Position numbers and translations under genes: made by a program. Below, piece by piece: positions 27,606 to 35,869 of a stretch of DNA of 64,000 bases. The first letter of the stretch is position 1. Each line of letters starts with the position of its first letter. The stretch covers positions 160,419-224,418 of the IMG/VR virus record IMGVR_UViG_3300020202_000001; one strand, 5' to 3'. The notes under the pieces were generated by a model. The model saw only the letters and a list, made by a program, of their open reading frames with translations. It did no database searches and was not told the DNA's origin.

Positions 27606-28578
27606 GACGCCCCGTGAGATCCAGCGCGAACGAGAGCAGGCCGGCATGATTATCACCCGGTGGCAGCCGTGGTTCACCAAGCAGTACGGCGGGGCCTTCC
27701 CCGTCGACCGCTTCCACTACGACGTCGAATCCTCCGGCTTCAGCCGGAAGGACGACGTGATCGTCGAGTGGGGCCACTGCATGGTCCGCGACGGCAAGGT
27801 CGTCGACCGTAACAACATCGTCATCAACTGGTACAAGTGCCCCGAGGCGATCCCGCCGTCGCGGCTGACCAACCAGCTCGAACGCATCCGCCGGGAGATG
27901 CGGAACCAGGGCCGCTCGTGGCGGCTGACCGAGGAGGTGCTGCGGGACGAGGGCGTCCACCCGGACAAGGCCATCCCGTGGATCTACGAGCTGCTGACCG
28001 AGGTCCAGCAGCAGGGCATGATGCTCGTGAGCCACAACGGGTGGAACTTCGACAACCCGATGCTCGTCGAGCACTTCAGGCAGGACCTGAACAAAGAGTT
28101 CGCGTTCAACCCCAACCAGATCTTCGACACGGGCTGCATCGAGAAGGCCAGCCAGCTGATGAGCGAGCACCCGGAGCGTGCCCTGCCCAAGGAGGGCGAG
28201 ACGCTGCTGGACTACTTCAAGCGGATCAGCGGCTGGCGGGCCTCGGGCGTCTACAGCAACCTCGATACGCACTGCCTCAAGAAGTACAAGCTGGTCGAGA
28301 AGTACGGGCTCGACCCGACGAAGATGCACACCGCCGGCGAGGACGCCTACGCCCTCCACTGCCTGATGGAGGAGTTCAAGGTCCTGTGCGAGGCGTGCAA
28401 GACGCCGCCGGCCGCCGCCCCCGTCGCCGCCGCCGCCCCCATCGGCCTGCCGCCCCGGCCGGCGAAGGCGGTCGTCCGTCCCCAAACCCCGATCGTGGTC
28501 GCGAGCGACGCCGCCGTGCGTGCCGTGGCCTCGTCACAACCCGCGGCACCGATCCGCCGCAAGCAGAGGAACCGATAA
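27589..28578 (+). CDS. DEDDh 3'-5' exonuclease (Pol III epsilon-like)
   Basis: YDVESSG, SHNGWNFD, HTAGED. Confidence 0.85.
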   Translation: MPLSSKTPREIQREREQAGMIITRWQPWFTKQYGGAFPVDRFHYDVESSGFSRKDDVIVEWGHCMVRDGKVVDRNNIVINWYKCPEAIPPSRLTNQLERIRREMRNQGRSWRLTEEVLRDEGVHPDKAIPWIYELLTEVQQQGMMLVSHNGWNFDNPMLVEHFRQDLNKEFAFNPNQIFDTGCIEKASQLMSEHPERALPKEGETLLDYFKRISGWRASGVYSNLDTHCLKKYKLVEKYGLDPTKMHTAGEDAYALHCLMEEFKVLCEACKTPPAAAPVAAAAPIGLPPRPAKAVVRPQTPIVVASDAAVRAVASSQPAAPIRRKQRNR

Positions 28579-28580
28579 CC

Positions 28581-29015
28581 ATGGCCAAGAAGATCCCCAC
28601 CGCAGCCGAAGCCTCCGCCAAGCGGGCCGCCGACAAGGCCGCCCAGCCCACACCGCCGACGCCGCCCGACCCGACGTGCAACCTCCGCCCGCTGGGCAAC
28701 AAGGTGATCGTGAAGCGGGACGAGGCCGCCAAGATGACCCCGTCCGGCATCCACCTCGTCGAGGGTCAGTCGAAGGAGACGCCCCGCCGAGGCACGGTGC
28801 TCGCGATCGGCCCCGAGGTGCAGTCTGCCCGCAGCCTGGCCCGGAAGGCCGGCATGGACCCGATGCTCGCGGCCAAGCAGGACGACGCGGCCCTCGCCGT
28901 GGGCGACCTCGTGTACTTCAACGCGTACGCCGGCTCGGACCTGAAGGTGGGCGAGCAGACGCTGCTCATCCTCACCGAGGACGACATCCTCGCCGTCGAG
29001 ACCCTGAAGAAGTGA
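28581..29015 (+). CDS. groES: GroES-like co-chaperonin
   Basis: LRPLGNKVIVKR, TPSGI, GTVLAIGP, VGDLVYF, EDDILAV. Confidence 0.9.
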   Translation: MAKKIPTAAEASAKRAADKAAQPTPPTPPDPTCNLRPLGNKVIVKRDEAAKMTPSGIHLVEGQSKETPRRGTVLAIGPEVQSARSLARKAGMDPMLAAKQDDAALAVGDLVYFNAYAGSDLKVGEQTLLILTEDDILAVETLKK

Positions 29016-29025
29016 GGCGACCCGC

Positions 29026-29826
29026 GTGGCACGCTCGCTCAAGATGCGGTTCCACCTGCCGGACCCCGCCAGCGACCTTAGGTGGACGCTCAAGCGGCTC
29101 CGGCCGGAGGACAAACTGTACGTCGGCATCGACCCCGGCATGACCGGGGCGATCGCCTTTGTGCCCACGCGGCGGAAGCTCGACCCGGTGATCGTCGACA
29201 TCCCGACCAAGACGTCGAGGGTGAAGACGACCCGCAAGGGCAAGGCCGTGATGGGGAACCGCAACGAGTACGACCACGCGAAGATCGTCGCCATCCTCGA
29301 CCCGCTGATCGACTACCGGGAGAAGGTCGTCATCTGCCTCGAACGCGGCCAGCCGTACCAGGAGGACACGCCCAAGACGGCGTTCCAGGTCGGCGTCGGG
29401 TTCGGCATGTGGGGGCTGTACTTCGCGGCGTTCGGCCTGCGGGTCGAGGAGATCAAGCCGGCGGTGTGGAAGCGACGCATGGGCCTGAGCGGCGGGTCCG
29501 AGAACAAGGACTACAGCCGCTCGCTGACCATGCGGCTCTACCCCGGGGCGTGCCACTTCGTGGAGTTCGTCGGGGACCACAACCGGGCCGAGGCCGTGCT
29601 GCTGGCCGAGTACCAGCGGCGGCTCGACGCGAACGACCACAAGTGGCCGAAGCCGAAGCCCAGGCCCCGCAAGGTCGGCCCGCCCCCGAAGGGCGGCAAG
29701 GGCCTCGGGAACCTGAAGCGGACGCGGAAGGTCAAGCTGAAGACGGACCCGACGATCGCCCGCATGATGAAGGGACTCAAACCCAAACGGAGCCGGCGGA
29801 AGCGCGGGCCTGTACCACTCACATGA
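29026..29826 (+). CDS. RuvC-like Holliday junction resolvase
   Basis: YVGIDPGMTGAIA, CLER, GVGFGMW, HNRAEAVLLA. Confidence 0.8.
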   Translation: MARSLKMRFHLPDPASDLRWTLKRLRPEDKLYVGIDPGMTGAIAFVPTRRKLDPVIVDIPTKTSRVKTTRKGKAVMGNRNEYDHAKIVAILDPLIDYREKVVICLERGQPYQEDTPKTAFQVGVGFGMWGLYFAAFGLRVEEIKPAVWKRRMGLSGGSENKDYSRSLTMRLYPGACHFVEFVGDHNRAEAVLLAEYQRRLDANDHKWPKPKPRPRKVGPPPKGGKGLGNLKRTRKVKLKTDPTIARMMKGLKPKRSRRKRGPVPLT

Positions 29827-30719
29827 GCACCAAGACCGACAAACCCATCACCCTCGCCGGCCCGTCGTGGAAGCTGTACCAGGCCGACTGCCTGACCGGG
29901 ACCTCCCGGTTCATCAAGTCCGGCCTGCCCACGCTGGGCGTCGAGGACCCGCCGTACAACATCGGCCAAGGCTACGCGAGCCACGTCGACCGCATGCGCA
30001 AGGAGGAGTTCCTCTACGAGTTCATGCAGCCGCGGATCGTCCGGGCCTACGAGGCCCTGCACGATCTCGGGTCGTACTGGATCGCGATGAACGACGACAA
30101 CGTCGCCGAGATCAAGCTGATCTGCGAGAAGGCCGGCTTCTTCCTGCGCAAGTGGGTGATCTGGCACTACAGCTTCGGCCAGCACAACTCGAAGAACTTC
30201 ACCGCGTCGCACACGCACTGGCTGTACTTCAGCAAGCACCGCACGCGGTACACGTTCAACGCCCTGGACCCGGGCGTCCGCATCCCCTCGAACCGGGCGA
30301 CGGTGTACAAGGACAAGCGGGCCGACCCGCGCGGCCGGCTGCCCGACGACGTGTGGGTGCTCCGCCCGCAGTTCGTCGAGCCCGCCCCGGCCGAGTGCCT
30401 CGACACCTGGTTCTTCAGCCGGATCTGCGGCACGTTCAGGGCCAAGGCCAAGAGCGACGACGGGACGCCGATCCCGAACCAGATCCCGGTGCCGATGCTG
30501 GAGCGGATCATCCGCGTGTGCTCGAACCCGGGCGACACGGTGATGGACCGGTTCAACGGCAGCGGCTCGACCGGCGAGGCGTGCCTGCTCACCGGGCGGA
30601 ACTACATCGGCATGGACATCAGCAAGGGCTGCCTGACCTTCACGCAGAAGCGTCTGACCGAGACGCTCGGGCGTGCGGCGACGGAGCCCGTGACGAAGAA
30701 GGGCAAGAAGAGCAAATGA
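29823..30719 (+). CDS. orphan N6-adenine/N4-cytosine DNA methyltransferase (beta class)
   Basis: motif IV DPPY precedes motif I DRFNGSGSTG; PDDVW. Confidence 0.88.
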   Translation: MSTKTDKPITLAGPSWKLYQADCLTGTSRFIKSGLPTLGVEDPPYNIGQGYASHVDRMRKEEFLYEFMQPRIVRAYEALHDLGSYWIAMNDDNVAEIKLICEKAGFFLRKWVIWHYSFGQHNSKNFTASHTHWLYFSKHRTRYTFNALDPGVRIPSNRATVYKDKRADPRGRLPDDVWVLRPQFVEPAPAECLDTWFFSRICGTFRAKAKSDDGTPIPNQIPVPMLERIIRVCSNPGDTVMDRFNGSGSTGEACLLTGRNYIGMDISKGCLTFTQKRLTETLGRAATEPVTKKGKKSK

Positions 30720-32059
30720 AGATTCAGTTCGCAATCCACAAGCGTGAGGAGAACGGCGACATCGGCGTGCGGTGGGCGTTCGCCCCCGGAGCGCCGGCCG
30801 AGCACCAGCGGGAGTTCTACGACGACAAGGAGGCGGCCGAGGTCGCGATCCTCGAAAGCCTGCGGCTGAAGAAGGTCCCGGGCGAGTTCAAGGACTACGT
30901 GATCGTCCCCTACGACGAGCACAAGAACCAGCTGGAGCTGGTCGACGACAAGGACCAGAAGGCGGCCGCCGCCGACGCCACGCACCTCGCCAAGACCAAC
31001 AACGACGTCCGCCTCGCCGTCAGCACGATGCTCGCCGCCCGGCAGCTCTACCAGATGGGCGCGGCCGAGCTGGGCAACCTGCTGGCCGACATCGAGATGG
31101 AGGTCGAGGAGCCGGCGGAGGGCGAGGCGAAGTTCCGCCCCGTCCACCCGCTGACGATCGAGGTGATGACGCAGGCGGCCAGCGACCAGGGCCAGCAGCC
31201 GTTCAGCCAGGTCGACGTGTTCGAGGGGCTGACGCACTCCGTGCTGCCGTGGGTGAAGAAGCGGATCGAGATCAATGCCAAGCAGGACATCGTCGACCGC
31301 CAGGTGATGAAGATGGAGGACGAGAAGGCCCGCGCGGGCACGCTCGTGCCGGTCGGCATCAAGTGGACCGGGTCGAAGGACGAGCCCGAGCAGGCGGGCA
31401 AGCTCCCCCGCGACAAGGCCCTGGTGCTGGTCGGGTACGCCCCGGCCGTGCAGTACCTGCTCGACCAGGCGACCAACGTCGTGCTGGCCGCCACGGACGA
31501 TAAGAACCCGAACCGCGTCTTCTCGGTCATCCGCTTCGCCGACGACCCCGAGGTGCGGCCGAGCGAGAACGAGCGGCTCGTGCTGGTGGGCCGCAAGGCG
31601 TGGCAGGGCTGCACGCGGACCATGAAGACCCTGAACGTCATGGTCGCCAACAACGTCGAGCCGTCGCTCACGCTGGCCCCCGACCTGTTGGTGGTCGACG
31701 ACCTCGGTGCCGTGGACCCGAGCGGGATCATCACCGCCGGCGCTCCCCAGCGGGTCGGCGGCCCCGCCCCGTTCCGCTGCGCCGAGGCCCACAAGAAGCT
31801 CATGGCGTGGGCGAAGCTCAACCACACGGCCGGGCTGTTCGGCGTCCCCGTGCACGACGAGCGGGTCGTGCCGCTGAACGGTTCGGAGTGGGAGCGGCTC
31901 CGCACGCACGCGATCCTTCGCCCGGTCACCGTCGTCAAGGAGGCGGAGGACCTGGAGAAGGGCAAGGTCCGCATCGTCGTCGGCCTCGACGCCTACCACG
32001 TCGACGTCGACCCGGCGCTGTTGGAGCCGAAGAGCCAGATCATCGTGCCCGGCAAATGA
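30716..32059 (+). CDS. hypothetical protein, possibly degenerate RecA-fold C-terminal domain
   Basis: 447-aa ORF; Walker-B-like LLVVDDL but no intact Walker A. Confidence 0.65.
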   Translation: MKIQFAIHKREENGDIGVRWAFAPGAPAEHQREFYDDKEAAEVAILESLRLKKVPGEFKDYVIVPYDEHKNQLELVDDKDQKAAAADATHLAKTNNDVRLAVSTMLAARQLYQMGAAELGNLLADIEMEVEEPAEGEAKFRPVHPLTIEVMTQAASDQGQQPFSQVDVFEGLTHSVLPWVKKRIEINAKQDIVDRQVMKMEDEKARAGTLVPVGIKWTGSKDEPEQAGKLPRDKALVLVGYAPAVQYLLDQATNVVLAATDDKNPNRVFSVIRFADDPEVRPSENERLVLVGRKAWQGCTRTMKTLNVMVANNVEPSLTLAPDLLVVDDLGAVDPSGIITAGAPQRVGGPAPFRCAEAHKKLMAWAKLNHTAGLFGVPVHDERVVPLNGSEWERLRTHAILRPVTVVKEAEDLEKGKVRIVVGLDAYHVDVDPALLEPKSQIIVPGK

Positions 32060-32583
32060 TGCGTCGCGTCTACCAGCGTCACACCGACCTGAGCGAGCCC
32101 CACAAGGGCGATTGCTTCGCCGCGTGCGTGGCGACCGTCCTCGGCCTGACGCTCGACGAGGTGCCGAACTTCTGCAGCTCGTCGGGCGACTGGTGGGCCG
32201 AGCTGCAGGCGTGGCTGTGCGACCGGGGGCTGCAGGCGATCGAGATCCAGATCCCGTTCGAGGAGATCATCCGCGAGGGGCGGAAGCTCCCGATCGGGCG
32301 GCTGGTGGTGGACACGCCGGTCATCCTCTCGGGCAAGAGCCCGCGCGGGGACTGGAACCACTCGATCGTCGGGCTGTACGACGAGCAGCCGACCGACACG
32401 CCCGGCGAGTTCAAGGCCGGCTTCGTCTACTACCACGACCCCAACCCCGACGCCGGCGAGGACCCCACGAAGTGGCTCGTCGGCATGCCGATCCAAATAC
32501 TGGTTTTTGGATTGGCGAACCCGAAGAGGGGCTACCGGCTCCTCAACCCGAAGAAGGAAACATGCCAGCAAAGCTCATCGTAG
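32056..32583 (+). CDS. papain-like (C39-type) peptidase-like protein
   Basis: Q...GDCFAACVATVLGL (Cys) and WNHSIVG (His). Confidence 0.55.
   Translation: MMRRVYQRHTDLSEPHKGDCFAACVATVLGLTLDEVPNFCSSSGDWWAELQAWLCDRGLQAIEIQIPFEEIIREGRKLPIGRLVVDTPVILSGKSPRGDWNHSIVGLYDEQPTDTPGEFKAGFVYYHDPNPDAGEDPTKWLVGMPIQILVFGLANPKRGYRLLNPKKETCQQSSS
32490..32513. promoter_or_regulatory. degenerate palindrome copy inside a CDS
   Basis: gatcca-aata-ctgg-tttt-tggatt; AT-rich codons in a GC3-rich gene. Confidence 0.65.
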
Positions 32584-33260
32584 CGTATAAGACCCAACTG
32601 GTGCCGGACCTCGTGCCGGCCGCCGACGAGTTCGACCCGCCATCGAACTACAAGAGCGAGGACGCCATCGCGAAGTGGCGGGGCGAGCTGGAGGAGAAGC
32701 TCAAGGAGGAGTGCCTGTACCAGCCGTACACGGCGACGTTCGCCGAGGTGCAGGTGGCCGACCTGGTGAACGAGCGGAAGGGCAAGTGGGTGTACCGGGC
32801 ACCGGGCAACAAGGAGGGCAAGCAGGCCGCCTGCCTCGCCGTGCGGGCGTGGCTGCTGAAGGAGTTCCCCAACGCCTGGCCGCACACGACGCACACGGAC
32901 CGCCGCGTCCCGACCGCGATCTTCGTCGGGTTCAACCCGCGGCTGTTCCTCAAGATCCTCGGCGAGGAGTGCTCGTACCCTGACAACCAGCCGAAGGACG
33001 CCGCCGGGAAGCCCGACCCGAAGAAGATGAACGTGCTCCCGCTGTCGATGTGGTACCCTAACTCGGACCACCGCGACATCGAGGAGGCGGTGAAGCCCCG
33101 GGATTATAAGTACCTCACCTGGAACTCGGTCCTGAAGGCACGCGGCTTGCGGGACGAGTTCAAGGATTGGAAAGGTCCGGGAATTGACGTAGGATTGGAT
33201 CTGAAGTTGGCTACCCGGTTGGCGTCGCAGCTGGGGATGCTGAACGAGACGGACGGGTGA
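32562..33260 (+). CDS. PolB-related 3'-5' exonuclease-like protein, probably inactive
   Basis: PPSNYKSEDAIAKW and FVGFNPRLFL resemble the family; first acidic motif replaced by AYKTQ. Confidence 0.5.
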   Translation: MPAKLIVAYKTQLVPDLVPAADEFDPPSNYKSEDAIAKWRGELEEKLKEECLYQPYTATFAEVQVADLVNERKGKWVYRAPGNKEGKQAACLAVRAWLLKEFPNAWPHTTHTDRRVPTAIFVGFNPRLFLKILGEECSYPDNQPKDAAGKPDPKKMNVLPLSMWYPNSDHRDIEEAVKPRDYKYLTWNSVLKARGLRDEFKDWKGPGIDVGLDLKLATRLASQLGMLNETDG

Positions 33261-33309
33261 CGGCGGAGCGTGGTAACGACGCGGCGACGCCGTCAGCCTA
33301 GTGAGAGGG

Positions 33310-33345
33310 AAGCCCCGGCCGGTGGCCGGTCCGGGGCTTTTCTTT
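33310..33345 (+). terminator. intrinsic terminator
   Basis: aagccccgg/ccggggctt stem followed by ttcttt. Confidence 0.7.
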
Positions 33346-33381
33346 AGCCATCGGAGGGGCGTCGGTTTTTGGAGGCCTGTA

Positions 33382-33684
33382 ATGGCAGCGATCTGCTCGT
33401 GCCGCTACTGCAACGTGACCATCTGCGACGCCACCCGGTGCGACGACTGCACCGCCGTCCTCGCCGACGCCCAGGAGCGGGGCGAGACGCTGACGACCGC
33501 CGAGGTCGCCGCCCGCGCGATGTCCAGGCGTGCCACCCGCGTAACGTGCCAGACGTCCGCCAACGTCCGCAAGCTCTCCTCGATCGCGATCAAGCTGCCG
33601 TCGCTGCCGCCCGCCCCTCAACCATCGTTCGGCATGAGGCCGAACTTCTTGACCCAAGGACGGGTTCGTCATGCAGTCACCTGA
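33382..33684 (+). CDS. small Cys-rich hypothetical protein
   Basis: RBS ggagg; CSCRYC...C...CDDC. Confidence 0.6.
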   Translation: MAAICSCRYCNVTICDATRCDDCTAVLADAQERGETLTTAEVAARAMSRRATRVTCQTSANVRKLSSIAIKLPSLPPAPQPSFGMRPNFLTQGRVRHAVT

Positions 33685-34396
33685 GATCGCGCCCAAGTAC
33701 GAGATGACGTTCGGCCGGGCCGAGCGTCTCGGCGTGTTCGAGCAGTACCGGTTCTTCACCCCGGCGCTGCTGTACCTCCACGGCCGGCTGACCGACGCCC
33801 ACCTGCTCGACTTCCTCCGCGACGTGGCCGGCAGCTGCCGGCTGATGTTCCACAAGTTCGACCGCCCGATCTTCCGCGGGCTGCAGACCCCGGACGGCGA
33901 CAAGGACTGGAACCACGGGCTGTGGGCCGTCGAGGCCGACGCGTACCCGCACCTGGAGAGCTTCCTCCTCTCGCTGACCCTCGTCGACCAGCGGGCCAAG
34001 CGCGTCTACCGGGCCGGAGCCCAGGACGTGCTGGTCGCCGACCCGCTGCACGTCGACCGCCGCCCGGCCCTCTCGGCCGCGTGCCCGCTGCTGCCGATCG
34101 TGGCGTTCGGGGTCAACGCCAGCCACCGCCGCGTGAGCCTGTACTGGGACGACAAGGCCCCGGCGGCGTCGCTCCCGATCCTCCGGTACAACCCGCCCGA
34201 CCCGGACATGGTCGCGTTTGCCAAGGACGTGCTCGTCGAGGAGAATCTCGACGCGGCGCTGGGCACGCCGGACCCGATGGCCACGGCCGCGGACGAGGGC
34301 GACCTCCAGCTGATCGACATCCAATCTCTACCGCAGGCGGAGCAGGCGAACCTGATCCGCGACATCGAGGCGTACAAACAGAAGGATCGACGATGA
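33671..34396 (+). CDS. hypothetical protein
   Basis: 241-aa ORF, high GC3. Confidence 0.75.
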   Translation: MQSPEIAPKYEMTFGRAERLGVFEQYRFFTPALLYLHGRLTDAHLLDFLRDVAGSCRLMFHKFDRPIFRGLQTPDGDKDWNHGLWAVEADAYPHLESFLLSLTLVDQRAKRVYRAGAQDVLVADPLHVDRRPALSAACPLLPIVAFGVNASHRRVSLYWDDKAPAASLPILRYNPPDPDMVAFAKDVLVEENLDAALGTPDPMATAADEGDLQLIDIQSLPQAEQANLIRDIEAYKQKDRR

Positions 34397-34767
34397 AGGT
34401 GACACTCAAGCCGGCCGCAGGGTCCGTGCTCAAGATCACGACCAAGGATGGGACCGTCCTCACGAACGACGACGTCAAGGCGATCGAGGTGACGCCGTTC
34501 TTCTCGCTGGCCAACGGCCCGGGCGAGGTCGTGCGGGGCGAGGCGCTGACCGAGGGCGGCGAGTCGCTCGACACGTTCACGCTCACGGCGAGCGGGTCGA
34601 ACGGGAAGGTCAAGCGGACCGACGTGATCGAGCGCGTCGTGCCGCTGGTGGACAAGAAGAAGGCCGAGCCCAAGGCCGTCCCCAAGGCCACGCCCCCGGC
34701 GGCCGCGACCACCCCCGGCGTCAGCTCACAGCCGGTCGGCCGGCGGGAAGGTAACGACCGCCGATGA
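34393..34767 (+). CDS. hypothetical protein
   Basis: ATGA overlap, high GC3. Confidence 0.7.
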   Translation: MKVTLKPAAGSVLKITTKDGTVLTNDDVKAIEVTPFFSLANGPGEVVRGEALTEGGESLDTFTLTASGSNGKVKRTDVIERVVPLVDKKKAEPKAVPKATPPAAATTPGVSSQPVGRREGNDRR

Positions 34768-35180
34768 ACACGATCATCCCCACCCGGCTACACCGGGTGA
34801 AGACGTTCGAGTGCCGCGAGCACTTCCAGTCCGAGAACGGCGGCCGCACGCGGATCGACACGCTCTCGCAGGAGGCTTCGATCGAGGTGCAGATCGACGC
34901 CTGGGTGAACGAGACCAAGAACCTGATCGTCGCCACCGGGCCGCTCCACGTTCAGCAGAGCTACCCGAGCGGCGGCGTCGTGCAGGAGACGCGTACGCTG
35001 GCCGTGACCTACGTGCCCGCCGTGGAGCAGTCCAATGTCAAATACCCCGGAGAGCCCGGAGCGGGACCGATTCAACCAGTGGCTCAGCTCCGTGAGCCCG
35101 TCCGCCCGGCACCAGTTGAAGGGGACGGCGGAGCTGGTGGTCGAGCCCGAGGACCGCTCCGCCTTCCGCCAGTTTCATGA
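34764..35180 (+). CDS. hypothetical protein
   Basis: ATGA overlap, high GC3 in the first 90 codons. Confidence 0.7.
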   Translation: MNTIIPTRLHRVKTFECREHFQSENGGRTRIDTLSQEASIEVQIDAWVNETKNLIVATGPLHVQQSYPSGGVVQETRTLAVTYVPAVEQSNVKYPGEPGAGPIQPVAQLREPVRPAPVEGDGGAGGRARGPLRLPPVS

Positions 35181-35667
35181 CGACCTCGACCCGGCGGCCC
35201 AGCAGGCGGCCAGGGACGAGGCGGCGACGAAGAGCGAGTGGCCGCAGGGCCGCAAGCCGAAGTATTGCCTCGCCCTCCAGAAGGACGGGGAGTGGCTGGC
35301 CCTCAAGATCTTCCCGGACCTCGACACGATGGTCGCCCGGCTGAAGGAGCTTGAGGGCACGGACACCGTCGCGATCCCGTTCCTCGGCATCCCGCTCCCG
35401 CTCACCAAGGGGCCGGAACGCCTCGTCATGCTGCCGGACAACTCGGCCGTGCGGGCGCGGGACGGCAAGGTGATCGAGGAGATCCACGACGAGGTCACGC
35501 TGCAGGACGACTGGTTCCTCGGGCCGCCCGAGCTGTCGATCGTGACCAGCCGGCCGGACGACGAGGACGAGGACTCGAAGAAGGCGAAGAAGGGCAAGAT
35601 CCCCGGCCCGCCCGAGGACGACGACGAGGACGACGAGCCCGACGAGGCCGGGGAGGACGGCGACTAA
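35035..35667 (+). CDS. hypothetical protein with acidic tail
   Basis: RBS ggag, high GC3, D/E-rich end. Confidence 0.7.
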   Translation: MSNTPESPERDRFNQWLSSVSPSARHQLKGTAELVVEPEDRSAFRQFHDDLDPAAQQAARDEAATKSEWPQGRKPKYCLALQKDGEWLALKIFPDLDTMVARLKELEGTDTVAIPFLGIPLPLTKGPERLVMLPDNSAVRARDGKVIEEIHDEVTLQDDWFLGPPELSIVTSRPDDEDEDSKKAKKGKIPGPPEDDDEDDEPDEAGEDGD

Positions 35668-35736
35668 ATCCCCGGCCGAAACGCGGCATAATAGGTGAGC
35701 AGACGCTTACAGCTTCCGCTCGGCTCCCCCTAGCTA

Positions 35737-35773
35737 ACCGGGACGTGCCCCACGGGCGTCCCGGTTTTCTATT
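35737..35773 (+). terminator. intrinsic terminator
   Basis: aaccgggacg/cgtcccggtt 10-bp stem followed by ttct. Confidence 0.65.
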
Positions 35774-35869
35774 GCGCCGTTGCGTTGACGGCGTTCGGAG
35801 CTAACGTGCTCGTCGCGCGGCCGACGTTACCCGGCCGACGAGCGAAGGTCTCTCACTAGGAGTTTGGCC

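Noticed and set aside
33362-33375. Additional palindrome copy (tcggtttttggag)
   Set aside because: Right half only; the left arm does not match
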